A stretch of 64,000 nt of DNA from Gammaproteobacteria bacterium (GCA_012103475.1 WLWS01000006.1:136518-200517), one strand, 5' to 3'. Positions 43,553 to 54,418 are shown, counted from the stretch's first letter. Notes: generated from the letters alone by a model not told the origin. Numbers and translations are program-made.

Positions 43553-45049
43553 ATGGACATTCGTACAATTTCTCGTTTTAAAACCTCATATGTCAATCCA
43601 TCTCGTAGAGACTTACTGAAACAACTAATGGCAATGGGCTGTCTGAGTACGACTACGCTATTCTCAACGTCATTTTTGTCTGCTGCTGAAAAACGTAACC
43701 TCGCAAAGCAAGAGCTGAATAACTCAACCAGCAAAGGGGATGAGCGTTATGAGGCGCTGCGTAAGGCAATGATATGGCGCGTTAATACCCCGAAAAGATA
43801 TCCGGATATCATTGTGCAGGCGACGACTGAAGCTGAAATTCAAGAATGTTTGAAGTTTGCCAGTAGAAATCAATTACAGGTTGTTTGCAGGGGAAGTGGA
43901 CACAATACTGCCGGTTCGGTATTGCGAGAAGGAGGTATGCTGCTGGATATATCTGCAATGGCTGAAGCCTCAGTCGATGTTGAAACGATGACAGCAGATG
44001 TAGGTCCGGGCGTAAACATGCATCGCTTTTATCAGTCTCTGACTACCTGGGGAAAGGTTTTTCCAGTCGCCGAATGTCACGGCGTGGCGATGGGCGGATA
44101 TCTACTTGGCGGTGGCTATCCACCGATCGGCACTATCTGGGCCAAGGGTCCGGCGTGTTATTCGATACTCAGTGCAGATGTGATTTTGGCCAGTGGTAAA
44201 AAAGTGCTTGCCAGCAAGGAATGTAATCCTGAGTTATTCTGGGCTATACGCGGTGTCGGCCCGGGTTTTTTCGGTGTCGTGACAAATTATCATGTGCGCA
44301 TTTATGAACATCCGAAAATTATCATGCAGAGTACATTTTTTTATGAGCTCGAAAAATTACCAAATGTGATTTCATTTTTGAATACTCTGCAAAAAGAAAA
44401 GGATGATCGAGTTGAAGTTAGTGTTGCCTTGACTAATGAGCCGGGTGACAAAAAGAGGACCGTAGCAAAGTTGAAAATTATCGTCGCCGTCACTGGATCG
44501 CCTGATTCGGAATCGGAAGCCCGTTCTCTATTGGAACTTTACTCTACTAGTAGTTTGTCTTCTCTTGCAAAATCAATCAGGGAATATGAGGCGGTCGAGT
44601 TTTCTGATTTGATGTATTCCCCCAATCGAAATCTGCGCAATAACTCTGACAATATCTGGACCGATGATGCAAACGCACTAATGGCGATTGTAGAACATTA
44701 TATGAACAAACCTGAGGGGAGCACTCTATATATGACGCTGCACCACGGTCGTCAGTCTTCAGTAGAACGTGAGGACGCTTGCTATTCTTCGGTCGGGTCA
44801 CATTTCCTGAGTAGCCATTTATTATGGGAGCATGCCTCCGATGACGAGCTGAGTAAGCAGTGGTATGCAGAATTCAACAGAATATTGAAGCCATACGCCA
44901 GTAGTCATTATGTTAATCAGGTTGATAATGAGCACCACCCACAGAGAATTCAGGCGAGTTTTACTGAAGAAAACTGGCTTCGTTTGGGTGCATTGCGAAA
45001 AAAACACGATCCAGATCAACTATTTTACAGCTATCTGGGATACGACTAA
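43553..45049 (+). CDS. Tat-exported FAD-linked oxidase (FAD_binding_4 + BBE-like C-terminus)
   Basis: SRRDLLKQLMAMG Tat-like motif; RGSGHNTAG; C-terminal KKHDPDQLFYSYLG. Start set to ATG 43553. Confidence 0.75.
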   Translation: MDIRTISRFKTSYVNPSRRDLLKQLMAMGCLSTTTLFSTSFLSAAEKRNLAKQELNNSTSKGDERYEALRKAMIWRVNTPKRYPDIIVQATTEAEIQECLKFASRNQLQVVCRGSGHNTAGSVLREGGMLLDISAMAEASVDVETMTADVGPGVNMHRFYQSLTTWGKVFPVAECHGVAMGGYLLGGGYPPIGTIWAKGPACYSILSADVILASGKKVLASKECNPELFWAIRGVGPGFFGVVTNYHVRIYEHPKIIMQSTFFYELEKLPNVISFLNTLQKEKDDRVEVSVALTNEPGDKKRTVAKLKIIVAVTGSPDSESEARSLLELYSTSSLSSLAKSIREYEAVEFSDLMYSPNRNLRNNSDNIWTDDANALMAIVEHYMNKPEGSTLYMTLHHGRQSSVEREDACYSSVGSHFLSSHLLWEHASDDELSKQWYAEFNRILKPYASSHYVNQVDNEHHPQRIQASFTEENWLRLGALRKKHDPDQLFYSYLGYD

Positions 45050-45093
45050 TTTGTACTGCTAAGCTAGAGCGATGTGCGATTGTGGGAAATATT

Positions 45094-45975
45094 ATGACTA
45101 AGAAAAAAACTGGAAAAACTAAGAAATCGAGTGAAAGGAAAGTTGATATAGTGGATGCCTATCATGAGGATGATCCGCGGCTCAGGGGGGAAAAGGAAAA
45201 AGCACTGCCAAAAAAGTATTATGAAGAGGAGTTATTCAGACTGCAGATAGAACTGGTCAAATTGCAGGAATGGGTAAAAAAGAAAGGACTCAAGGTAGTG
45301 GTGATATTTGAAGGACGGGATGCAGCTGGTAAGGGCGGGGTCATTAAAAGAATTGTTCAGCACCTGAATCCAAGAGTTTGCAGAATTGTTGCACTGGCGG
45401 CGCCAACTGAAAGAGAAAAAACGCAGTGGTACTTTCAACGCTATGTCGAACACTTGCCAGCGGCGGGCGAAATCGTTCTGTTAGATCGTAGCTGGTATAA
45501 CCGTGCTGGAGTGGAAAAAGTGATGGGTTTCTGCAGTTATGAAGAGCATCAGGAATTTTTACGTTTTTGCCCGGAATTTGAGAGCGCTCTGGTCCGTTCC
45601 GGAACTATCCTTATTAAGTACTGGTTTTCGGTTAGTAACCTGGAGCAGGATAAACGTTTTCGGGCCCGCGCTCTCGAACTCCATAAACGTTGGAAACTCA
45701 GTCCTATGGATCTTGAATCAAGGACTAAATGGGTAGAGTATTCAAAAGCCAAGGATGAAATGTTTCTACACACGGACACGGCTCAGGTACCGTGGTTCGT
45801 AGTCCCTTCCGATGATAAGAAAAGAGCCAGACTCAATTGTATGGCTCATTTTCTCAGTATGATCCCCTATAAGGATATATTGCCAGAAGTACCGAAAATA
45901 CCACCTTTAAATAATGCCAGAGGTTACAAACGATCGCCGATGCACAGACAAACTTTTATACCCAAGAAGTACTAA
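45094..45975 (+). CDS. ppk2: polyphosphate kinase 2
   Basis: VVVIFEGRDAAGKGG (Walker A of PPK2), LDRSWYNRAG, FWFSVS-like KYWFSVS and RWKLSPMD motifs. Confidence 0.9.
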   Translation: MTKKKTGKTKKSSERKVDIVDAYHEDDPRLRGEKEKALPKKYYEEELFRLQIELVKLQEWVKKKGLKVVVIFEGRDAAGKGGVIKRIVQHLNPRVCRIVALAAPTEREKTQWYFQRYVEHLPAAGEIVLLDRSWYNRAGVEKVMGFCSYEEHQEFLRFCPEFESALVRSGTILIKYWFSVSNLEQDKRFRARALELHKRWKLSPMDLESRTKWVEYSKAKDEMFLHTDTAQVPWFVVPSDDKKRARLNCMAHFLSMIPYKDILPEVPKIPPLNNARGYKRSPMHRQTFIPKKY

Positions 45976-46620
45976 TTAACTATTCTGAAATTCATTTAGT
46001 GCAGCCAGCCACTCAGAGTCCACTGTTTTGCAATGTTCTCTTGCTGCGACGGTTTCTTTCCATGACTTTAATCCGGGAATGTCTGAAATAATATCCCAGT
46101 CGTAGATTTTCTCTGCGACGTTTACGGGGTAACTGAAACAATGATAAGCAACAATATCAGCATAGCTCAGTTCCTCACCGCATAAATAAGGGCTGAACCT
46201 AGCCAGTTGACTGATAGCTCGAACGCCTTTTTCCATTACAGGTTTTACCTCGTTTACCGCGGCTTCATTAATGTCTTCTCCAAAAAAAAGATGTCCATAG
46301 TGACGGCGTGCAGCGAGTTCTATATAGAGTTCACAGCAGCGTAATAATTCTCTGGCTTTCGCTTTCTGGAAAGCATCGCTGGGGAATAAGGCCGGAGAAG
46401 GAGAAATGTCCTCCAGATAATCGAGGATTACCCCTGTTTCGGAAAGATAAGCTCCATCTACTTCAATGCATGGCACCTTGCCCATTGGACTCTTGCTGGT
46501 GAATTCGGTTTCCTGATTGGGCATGGCATGGACTTCTTCAAACTTTATCCCTTTTTCCAAAAAAGCGAATTTAAGCATGTTGTAATAATTACTGACACGA
46601 AAACCGTATAACTTAAGCAT
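45976..46620 (-). CDS. glutathione S-transferase
   Basis: MLKLYGFRVSNYYNMLKFAFLEKGIKFEEV thioredoxin-like N-domain; GKVPCIEVDGAYLSETGVILDYL. Start set to ATG 46620. Confidence 0.8.
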   Translation of the reverse strand: MLKLYGFRVSNYYNMLKFAFLEKGIKFEEVHAMPNQETEFTSKSPMGKVPCIEVDGAYLSETGVILDYLEDISPSPALFPSDAFQKAKARELLRCCELYIELAARRHYGHLFFGEDINEAAVNEVKPVMEKGVRAISQLARFSPYLCGEELSYADIVAYHCFSYPVNVAEKIYDWDIISDIPGLKSWKETVAAREHCKTVDSEWLAALNEFQNS

Positions 46621-46719
46621 TGCTCTTCTCCATTTGTCCTGATTGGTTTGATTGAATAAAAAATTATGAAAAGAAGAGTACAATACGCAGTAAAGCTAAG
46701 CAATGACGAGGTTGAGTAA

Positions 46720-47499
46720 ATGATATACGCAAGATACATTCTCAGAGTCACGTTAGGCCTGATACTTTCTATTCAGTCTGGTCTGAATCTGGTTTATGCC
46801 AGTGAAGATAAGAACATAGTGGTTTTTGGAGCTAGCGGCAGAATAGGAGAGGTCGTCGTAATTGAAGCTCTTGAGCGCGGTTACAAAGTAAAAGGTGTTT
46901 CCAGAAAACCGGAGAAACTCGTTTTTGAAGATCAGAATTTCACCTCTGTAAAAGGTGATCTAAAAGATATTGTCTCGATCCGGGACGCAATTAATAACAG
47001 TGACGCTGTTGTTATCTCCGTTTCGGCCAGAGCACCTGATAATAAGCCTGAAAACTCCATGCTGGTTGAGTTTACCCGGAATTTGATCGAAGTTGTTTCC
47101 GCAATGGAAAATAAACCTTATATCGTTCAGGTTGGTGGCGCGAATTTGATGTATGGGGCAACTTATGAAGAAGTAAAAAGCAATATGCACAATGCCCCAT
47201 TTTCTTATGAGAAGGGGACCGCAATGCACGCTGTGTTGTTTGGACATCAGATTTCGGTAGAGCTGTATCGTGCCAGTGGCTTGCCCTGGACAGTTATTGC
47301 CCCGCCAATGAGAATTCTGGGGATATACGGAGAATTGGATAGAAGCACTTCCCGACCTTCATTTCGTATTTCAGATACCGAAGCGCTGGTGGCAGAAGAT
47401 GGTAGTAAAACGGTTTACGTTAGAGATCTCGCCAGAGCCCTCGTCAATGAAATCGAAGAGAAGCAGTTTTCGGGAAAGATTTTTAACGTAGCTTATTAA
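46720..47499 (+). CDS. NAD(P)H-binding (NmrA/atypical-SDR-like) protein with signal sequence
   Basis: IVVFGASGRIGEVVVIEALERGYKVKGVSRKPEKL. Confidence 0.7.
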   Translation: MIYARYILRVTLGLILSIQSGLNLVYASEDKNIVVFGASGRIGEVVVIEALERGYKVKGVSRKPEKLVFEDQNFTSVKGDLKDIVSIRDAINNSDAVVISVSARAPDNKPENSMLVEFTRNLIEVVSAMENKPYIVQVGGANLMYGATYEEVKSNMHNAPFSYEKGTAMHAVLFGHQISVELYRASGLPWTVIAPPMRILGIYGELDRSTSRPSFRISDTEALVAEDGSKTVYVRDLARALVNEIEEKQFSGKIFNVAY

Positions 47500-47523
47500 A
47501 TATTTGGTTTACAAAACACTGTC

Positions 47524-48762
47524 ATGAAATCTTATGATGTCATTGTGATTGGCGCAGGGATTATCGGTACCTCTATTGCCTGGCAAATTGCCAGACGCTC
47601 GACATTAAAAGTAGCTGTTCTTGAAAAAGGAACCGGCCCGGGTGAAGGATCAAGCGGAGCATCATCTGCCATCTGCCGTTACCGCTATACACTAAATGAA
47701 ATGGTCAGTTTGGCGAGGGACGGTATCGACGCTTATCAGAACTGGCAACAATTCACTGAGTTGAAGCAACCACGGGCAAGCTTCAATAACGATGGTGTGT
47801 TGTGGATGCCCGGAGATGATCCGGATTGGGCGAATAAGGAACATCGACGACTAAATGGCCTGGGTATAGCAACAGAAGTGCTGGATAACAATGAATTGGC
47901 TGAGCGTTTCCCAGCGATTAATTCCTGCACAATCGTGCCTGATCTGATACACGGCGAAGATCATATTTGCCAGGGTCACACTGGAAATCTGTTGGAGAAA
48001 GATGCCGGTTATGTGGATCCTGTATCAGCAGTTCAGGATCTACTCGAAGCCTGCAAAAAAAACAATGTCGACGTGTTGTTTAATACTCAGGCAAATGAGA
48101 TTCAGGTAAGGGGGAACCGGATACAGGGACTGGGGCTGGACGGTGGTCAAAGGATTTCTACACCCTTGATCATTAATGCTTCCGGCCCATGGTGCCGGCA
48201 ATTATTTCGTGCAGCTGGGCTGGATATAAACTGGAACCTTCAGCCTGTCCGAATTCAGGTTATTTACCGGGATCGTCCTGTTGAGCTTAAGGGACACATT
48301 CCGGTGACCATAGATATGGGAAGCGGAATATATTTCAGAACCCAGAACCGTGGCCAGCAATTACTTGTCAGTTCCGTGAGAGAAGAAGATGAAAGGGAAG
48401 AGGTAAGCGATCCGGATAGCTATGTTACAGAGCACGATGCTGAATTTGAACATAGGACCTTACATCTGTTACATCATCGCTTGCCGGCTTTACCTTATCG
48501 GGGAAAAATTCGCGGTAACTGCGGGCTCTATACGGTAAATCTCGACGATGTCCACCCTTTGGTCGGACCGAGTGAAATTGACGGTTTCTGGTTAGCTAAT
48601 GGTTTTAGTGGACACGGATTTAAACTGGCACCCGCTATCGGTTCAATGGTGGCACAGGCCATCACGGGAGTAAAAACCAGTTACGATACAGAAATACCTA
48701 TTTCTTTTTTTTCTATAGAACGTAATCCGATAAGCATTGCAGATAAGTCAGTGCTAGCCTGA
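47524..48762 (+). CDS. FAD-dependent oxidoreductase (DAO family; sarcosine/D-amino-acid oxidase-like)
   Basis: YDVIVIGAGIIGTSIA; NGFSGHGFKLAPAIG. Confidence 0.8.
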   Translation: MKSYDVIVIGAGIIGTSIAWQIARRSTLKVAVLEKGTGPGEGSSGASSAICRYRYTLNEMVSLARDGIDAYQNWQQFTELKQPRASFNNDGVLWMPGDDPDWANKEHRRLNGLGIATEVLDNNELAERFPAINSCTIVPDLIHGEDHICQGHTGNLLEKDAGYVDPVSAVQDLLEACKKNNVDVLFNTQANEIQVRGNRIQGLGLDGGQRISTPLIINASGPWCRQLFRAAGLDINWNLQPVRIQVIYRDRPVELKGHIPVTIDMGSGIYFRTQNRGQQLLVSSVREEDEREEVSDPDSYVTEHDAEFEHRTLHLLHHRLPALPYRGKIRGNCGLYTVNLDDVHPLVGPSEIDGFWLANGFSGHGFKLAPAIGSMVAQAITGVKTSYDTEIPISFFSIERNPISIADKSVLA

Positions 48763-48839
48763 CTTATCACTTTGATTGCACTGATTTTCTCTGTGTACTT
48801 GTTATATAATTCTGACTCACATTTTGCTTAGATTTAATC

Positions 48840-50816
48840 ATGCTGGATAGTTCAGAGTCCAAAACTTATTTCGACAAAACAATTAACCTGCTCAAGGAAG
48901 GTAAGTTGGATGAGGCGGAAAAACAATGTCAGGAAGTTCTGCTACAGAACAGTTCAGATGCGAATTTTCTGGGATTGTTGGGTGCGATACTCCTGAAGAA
49001 GGATAAAGCCAGAGAAGCTATTCCCCACCTGCACAATGCAGTACGAATCGTGCCTGGATTTGCGCAGGCTTACGAAGACCTTGGTAGCGCATATTTCTAC
49101 ATCGGCCAAACTGAGCAGGCGATCGAACATTTAGAAAAGGCTCTGGAAATCAACCCTCGTCTTGAATCAGCAGGAAGCAAGCTGAATTACATCTTTAAAG
49201 TATCAGACAAACATGAGGAAGCATCAGCGTTACAAAAGAAATTGTTCGCCTTCACGCCGGCTAAACGAAGGCTTGTTGAAGCACTTGAACATTTGCATAA
49301 AAATGAATTCCGTCAGGTTGAGAAGCTGGCAAAAGAAGTTATTCAGGATGAACCTAATAATGTCGACGCACTGCGACTGTTATCTATTGTTGCCAGTAAA
49401 GCAGCCTGTCATCAGGATGCTGAAAAACTGTTAAGACGTGTAGTTGAGCTAAAACCCCGACATATTGATGCCTGGCATGAACTTAGTGGGGCGCTGAAAG
49501 AGCAGGATAAATATGACGAGACGATTGAAGTTTTGCAACAGACGATAGAGATCGATAACAACAACCATCAGTCTTACTATCTGCTTGGCAGTTCTCTTGC
49601 CCTGGCAGCGAGACCTTTTGATGCGATTGAACCGTATAAAAAAGCGCTGCAGTTAAAACCTGCTTTTTCTCCGGCATTACTTGGCTTAGGTCATGTACTG
49701 AAGACTGTTGGACAGTTTGAGGAAGGAGTGGAAGCTTATAAGAATGCTATTAAGTTACGCCCCGGCTTTGCAGAAGCCTGGTGGAGTCTGGCCAACCTGA
49801 AAACTTATCGATTTACCGATGAAGACATTGAGCAGATGAAGACACAATTGGCCACAATTGAAGAGGACAAGGAAGAGAAGGCGCATTTCTGTTTCTCTCT
49901 GGCCAAAGCCTATGAGGATCGCAAAGATTTTGATACCTCTTTTGATTATTACGAGGAAGCCAATCGCATTAACAGGATGTTAATTGCTTATGATCCGGTT
50001 CAGACAGAAATTATTCACGATCATTTAATAGAAGTATTTAACAAGGATTTTATACAAAAAAAAGCAAATCTTGGAAACCCGGATCCGGCACCGATATTTA
50101 TACTCGGTTTACCACGCTCAGGTTCGACTTTGATTGAGCAAATACTGGCGAGTCATAGTTTGGTTGATGGTACCAGCGAACTGCAGGACCTGGGTCAGCT
50201 CGCTACCTCGCTTAATAAACGCAGTGGTGGACTAAAGTATCCTGAGATTGTTCGTATTCTTGAGGATGATGACTTTCATCAACTCGGCAAGAGCTACATT
50301 GAGCGAACCATGCGACATAGAAAAGGTGCACCGTATTTCACCGATAAAATGCCCAACAACTTCCCGACTATCGGTTTATTGGCTCTGATACTACCTAATG
50401 CCAAAATTATTAACACTCGTAAGAATCCTATTGATAATTGCCTTGGTTGTTATAAACAGCATTTTGCTAAAGGTCAGGCCTTCACCTATGATCTGAATGA
50501 ATTAGGGGAGTTCTACCTTGATTATGTCCGTTTGATGGATCATTGGCATGAAGTACTTCCCGGGAAAATTCTCGATGTCGTTTATGAGGACTTTGTCGCT
50601 GATCAGGAGAATCAGACGAAAAGCTTACTCGAATTTTGCGGGCTTCCCTGGGAAGAGGCCTGCCTGAAATTTTATGAAACTGATCGGGCAATCAGAACAG
50701 CAAGTTCTGAACAGGTCAGGCAACCTATACATAACAAATCCGTCAACTACTGGAAAAATTATGAGGGACATCTACAGGATTTGATAGACGTACTACAACC
50801 CGTTTTAAATAAGTAA
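48840..50816 (+). CDS. TPR-repeat protein with C-terminal sulfotransferase domain
   Basis: Multiple TPR units (AIEHLEKALEINP, YKKALQLKPAF, YKNAIKLRPGF). PAPS-binding loop ILGLPRSGSTLIEQIL. Confidence 0.8.
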   Translation: MLDSSESKTYFDKTINLLKEGKLDEAEKQCQEVLLQNSSDANFLGLLGAILLKKDKAREAIPHLHNAVRIVPGFAQAYEDLGSAYFYIGQTEQAIEHLEKALEINPRLESAGSKLNYIFKVSDKHEEASALQKKLFAFTPAKRRLVEALEHLHKNEFRQVEKLAKEVIQDEPNNVDALRLLSIVASKAACHQDAEKLLRRVVELKPRHIDAWHELSGALKEQDKYDETIEVLQQTIEIDNNNHQSYYLLGSSLALAARPFDAIEPYKKALQLKPAFSPALLGLGHVLKTVGQFEEGVEAYKNAIKLRPGFAEAWWSLANLKTYRFTDEDIEQMKTQLATIEEDKEEKAHFCFSLAKAYEDRKDFDTSFDYYEEANRINRMLIAYDPVQTEIIHDHLIEVFNKDFIQKKANLGNPDPAPIFILGLPRSGSTLIEQILASHSLVDGTSELQDLGQLATSLNKRSGGLKYPEIVRILEDDDFHQLGKSYIERTMRHRKGAPYFTDKMPNNFPTIGLLALILPNAKIINTRKNPIDNCLGCYKQHFAKGQAFTYDLNELGEFYLDYVRLMDHWHEVLPGKILDVVYEDFVADQENQTKSLLEFCGLPWEEACLKFYETDRAIRTASSEQVRQPIHNKSVNYWKNYEGHLQDLIDVLQPVLNK

Positions 50817-50821
50817 AACCA

Positions 50822-51772
50822 ATGTCCAGTAGACCAATTTGCTTGCCAAAACTTCTTGCAACGTCTGTCGTACGTGGCTCACAACAGGGAGACAGTCATG
50901 GTGGAGTCTATAAAATTGATTTTACTAGTCAGGAGGTAGTCCAGGAAATAGACTGGAATACTACTGACATTGATTTTACCGGAAGAGGTTGGGACCGTGG
51001 CTTACGCGGTATCGAGTATTCGCAACAGGATATCTATATCGCAGCAAGTGATGAACTATTCGTATTCAATAGTCTGTTTGAATTACAAAGTTCTTATCGG
51101 AATCCATTTCTCAAGCACGCCCATGAGATCTGCAGAAAAAATAATCTCTTATACGTAACTTCGACAGGCTACGACAGCCTTCTCGTTTTTGATGTTCAAA
51201 AGAAAATGTTCATCTGGGGTTTGTATATATCTAAAAATTCTGAGGGATGGCTTGGGCAGGCGTTTAACCCAAATAGCGAAAACGGACCGTCGTTTAACAA
51301 TAACTATCACATAAATTCGGTCCATGTAGATGACACTGGCATTTATTTGAGTGGTTTACATACTGATGCCCTGTTACATATTGATAAGAATATTATGTTA
51401 TCTGAATTTTGTTCCTTGCCATCGGGTGTCCATAACGTACGATTATATAAAGAAGGTGTTCTTTTTAATGACACGAAAGCTGACTGTGTTCGCTATGCAG
51501 GCAGAGATGGAAGTGAACGCGTTTTCAAGATTCCTAAATATAAAGAGGCAGAAATTGTCAACGCAGGCATCGATGATTCAAAAGTAGCACGACAGGGGTT
51601 CAGCAGAGGACTGTGCCCCTTGAATGACGGACTAATTGCCGCAGGCTCGTCGCCTTCGACCATTAGCGTCTACGATTTTGATTCAAGCGAACTAGTTTCT
51701 TCAGTGAACCTGACAATGGATATTCGAAACGCAATTCATGGGCTGGAAGTCTGGCCGTTCAAAAAACAATAA
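50822..51772 (+). CDS. hypothetical protein (repeat-rich, possibly beta-propeller-like)
   Basis: Intact 316-aa ORF starting 5 nt after the sulfotransferase gene stop. I recognise no motif with confidence. Confidence 0.5.
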   Translation: MSSRPICLPKLLATSVVRGSQQGDSHGGVYKIDFTSQEVVQEIDWNTTDIDFTGRGWDRGLRGIEYSQQDIYIAASDELFVFNSLFELQSSYRNPFLKHAHEICRKNNLLYVTSTGYDSLLVFDVQKKMFIWGLYISKNSEGWLGQAFNPNSENGPSFNNNYHINSVHVDDTGIYLSGLHTDALLHIDKNIMLSEFCSLPSGVHNVRLYKEGVLFNDTKADCVRYAGRDGSERVFKIPKYKEAEIVNAGIDDSKVARQGFSRGLCPLNDGLIAAGSSPSTISVYDFDSSELVSSVNLTMDIRNAIHGLEVWPFKKQ

Positions 51773-51780
51773 TCCACATA

Positions 51781-51809
51781 AAAAAAGCCGGTCTTCAACC
51801 GGCTTTTTT
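51781..51809. terminator. bidirectional Rho-independent terminator between convergent genes
   Basis: aaaaaagccggt-cttca-accggctttttt: a 7-bp core stem flanked by an A-run and a T-run, so it works on both strands. Confidence 0.8.
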
Positions 51810-51827
51810 ACTTATCAAGAGAGTTAC

Positions 51828-54257
51828 CTATTCCCAACGATATCGGAATTTAGCACCGATGCTTCGAGGTCTGGCGGTTACTATTCGTTCCCGACCAAAG
51901 AAGGTTTCAAATTCATCAACCTGAGCCCAGATATCCGGTCGTTCATCCCAGAGGTTATTGACGAATAATTCTGCTTCCCACTTATCTGTGCCAAGACCAA
52001 CTTTCAAATCGCCAATCTGATAGCTTTGCTGAACTCTGAATGGAGGAAAGCCCCGGTTTATTTCAACCGAATTGGTCGAATCACCGGTGTAGCTATATTG
52101 AAAACGGACATACATCTCACCGTCTACAAAAGCAACAGGCCAGTTATATTGAGCGGAAGCAGACATACTAAAATCCGGTGACAGGGGTAACTGAGTGCCT
52201 GCCGGTACATCAAGTGCCGGAGTTCCGCCCTGAGCCGCAATACGTGGATCAACAATGGATGCCCGCTCAGAGACCTCATGGTCAACCAACCAGGTACCGT
52301 TCATGCTCAAGACTAATCCAGAGGTAGGAATCGCAGTTACATCAAAATCGATACCGTTAATCTCTGCATCAGCAACGTTGCCGACAACGATCTGAAACGG
52401 AAAGTTCAGGCCATTAGGTGGAGTTCCACTACTCGGATCAATAACTTCAAGTTGATAGTCTTCCCAGACCATGTGGTAACCGGTTAAATTGAATTGCAAC
52501 CTGCCGTCATACCATTGAGTTTTAATACCAGCCTCGTAGTTCTTCAGGACGTCGCCATCATAAACAACCGGAAAGCTTGGTGAGGATTGCGTCGCAGTCC
52601 CGAATATTCCGGAAGCAAGCTCTGCTGCATTCAAATTCCGTGTTCTGCCACGGTTACTACCACCAGGTCGGAAACCCTGAGAGTGTAAAGCATAGATCAT
52701 CTTGTCTTCACCAAAACGCCAGGTAATACCGGCACTGGGTAGAAACCCATCATCAGCACCAGCCGGACTCACCGGAGCTTGATCAAGGCGATTGTCGGGA
52801 CGTTCTACAAAATAAGCTCTGGTAATCTTAGTGTCGTAATAACGGCCACCGAATACCACGTCTATATCTTCCATAAAACTGAAGGTCACTTCACCAAAAA
52901 CAGAAAAACTTTTGTCATCAATAGCCTCACCGGAGTTCCACCATGCAGTGCCAAAATTGGCAACCTGAGAGGGGTAATAACCACTCCATGCGGCAAAAGA
53001 GGGTGAATTCACCCAGTCATCCGTGAAGGTTTTGAAATCCCAGTCCTGATCACCTTCTGAATAGAAAAAGCCGAGTATAGCTTTCCAGTTGTCTTCGTCC
53101 TTGGAAAGACGGGTCTCAATAGTAAAACGTTCGTCCTTCTGGTTGTATTCACGAAAGCCGATAGGGTCCTGACCAAAATCATAAGTCGCGTAATAAGAAC
53201 CAAACTGGATATCAAAGTAGGAGGCGTATGTCGTGGTGTCCTGAATATAACGAATGTCACGATCATAGTAGGAAGTTGCTACCATCAAATCAGCAAAGCC
53301 AAGGTCACCTTCTATGACATTACTAATAGAAATTATTTCGTCCTCTCTGGACTCCCGATAAAATTTAACGGTCTGTAAATCACCGACAGTTGTGTCAAAA
53401 TCGTTATAACCACCGGCGTCCGTATCCTGATAGTTTATGGAAAGAGTGGTTCGCCAGTCTGGGGTGATGTGCCAACGTACACCTGCGCGACCACCGGTAT
53501 ATTCAACATCGTTCAGATTCTTGCCAACAACGTTCGAATTGTCACGTAAACCTGTTTCAGGAGTGGTGCCTAAGACGTTATCAATATAACCACCATCTTT
53601 TGCATGAAAACCAACCAGTCGAATAGCGAGATTGTCGTTAACCGGGAAGTTAACCATGGCGTCAACGTCATAGCTTTCTTCACCATGTTCGATGGTGCTC
53701 ATGCCAACACCGATATTCGCTTCGAATTTTTCCGTTGTTGGTTTGTTGGTGATAATTCTTAAGGTGCCTGACTGTGAACTGGCGCCATATAGTGAGCCCT
53801 GAGGACCACTCAATGCTTCGATTCGTTCCAGATCAATCGGGCGCAAGGCAGGTGCTTGAGAAAGCTGAGTCAGGGGTTGCTCATCAAGATACACTGCTGT
53901 TGAAGGTGCTGCGATACCAACAACGTCCGCATCCGCTACACCGCGGAAAACCAGCTTGGTCGCACCGGGTGAATTTTCCAGATAAGTCATAGACGGAACA
54001 AAACGAACTAGATCTGCGACACCCTGGATACCTCGTTTTCTGATTTCTTCGTTACTGAATGCCTGCACGCTTTGCGGAATATCCTGTAGAGATTCCTGAC
54101 GTTTACGAGCTGTAACCGTTATTTCTTCAATGGATTCCACCTGCGCGTTTGCAGAGGTACTTATTCCTGTGCCGAGTATGGCGGCTGATACAGCGCTTGC
54201 CAGGGCACGTTTTCCAGGTAGTTCGCCAGGACTTACTGATAACTCAGACTTCAACAT
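51828..54257 (-). CDS. TonB-dependent receptor
   Basis: Signal peptide. Plug motifs EEITVTARKRQESLQDIPQSV and IEALSGPQGSLYGASSQSG. 809 aa, with a C-terminal ...KFRYRWE barrel end. Confidence 0.9.
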   Translation of the reverse strand: MLKSELSVSPGELPGKRALASAVSAAILGTGISTSANAQVESIEEITVTARKRQESLQDIPQSVQAFSNEEIRKRGIQGVADLVRFVPSMTYLENSPGATKLVFRGVADADVVGIAAPSTAVYLDEQPLTQLSQAPALRPIDLERIEALSGPQGSLYGASSQSGTLRIITNKPTTEKFEANIGVGMSTIEHGEESYDVDAMVNFPVNDNLAIRLVGFHAKDGGYIDNVLGTTPETGLRDNSNVVGKNLNDVEYTGGRAGVRWHITPDWRTTLSINYQDTDAGGYNDFDTTVGDLQTVKFYRESREDEIISISNVIEGDLGFADLMVATSYYDRDIRYIQDTTTYASYFDIQFGSYYATYDFGQDPIGFREYNQKDERFTIETRLSKDEDNWKAILGFFYSEGDQDWDFKTFTDDWVNSPSFAAWSGYYPSQVANFGTAWWNSGEAIDDKSFSVFGEVTFSFMEDIDVVFGGRYYDTKITRAYFVERPDNRLDQAPVSPAGADDGFLPSAGITWRFGEDKMIYALHSQGFRPGGSNRGRTRNLNAAELASGIFGTATQSSPSFPVVYDGDVLKNYEAGIKTQWYDGRLQFNLTGYHMVWEDYQLEVIDPSSGTPPNGLNFPFQIVVGNVADAEINGIDFDVTAIPTSGLVLSMNGTWLVDHEVSERASIVDPRIAAQGGTPALDVPAGTQLPLSPDFSMSASAQYNWPVAFVDGEMYVRFQYSYTGDSTNSVEINRGFPPFRVQQSYQIGDLKVGLGTDKWEAELFVNNLWDERPDIWAQVDEFETFFGRERIVTARPRSIGAKFRYRWE

Positions 54258-54418
54258 ATCATTCCCCCGTATGGACTGGTCTTCATTAGTAGTATTTTTC
54301 GGACAGAAATACTAACCCACTTAGCGAATAATGTCTTTAAAATCCTTCCTTTACCGAGCTAAAACGGACTAATTCTGTTGAAGTGTTAAATGTTGCTAAT
54401 TAGTTACAAAACGGCAGT

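Noticed and set aside
45000-52000. Apparent AT-richness of the PPK2/GST/sulfotransferase region as a horizontally acquired island
   Set aside because: Hand counts of single 60-nt lines varied widely, so I cannot give a reliable figure. No integrase, tRNA or flanking direct repeats are visible either.
54291-54313. Inverted repeat agtattt/aaatact with a 9-nt loop upstream of the second TonB receptor
   Set aside because: It is short and AT-rich, and no T-run follows it on either strand. It cannot be told apart from a chance occurrence.
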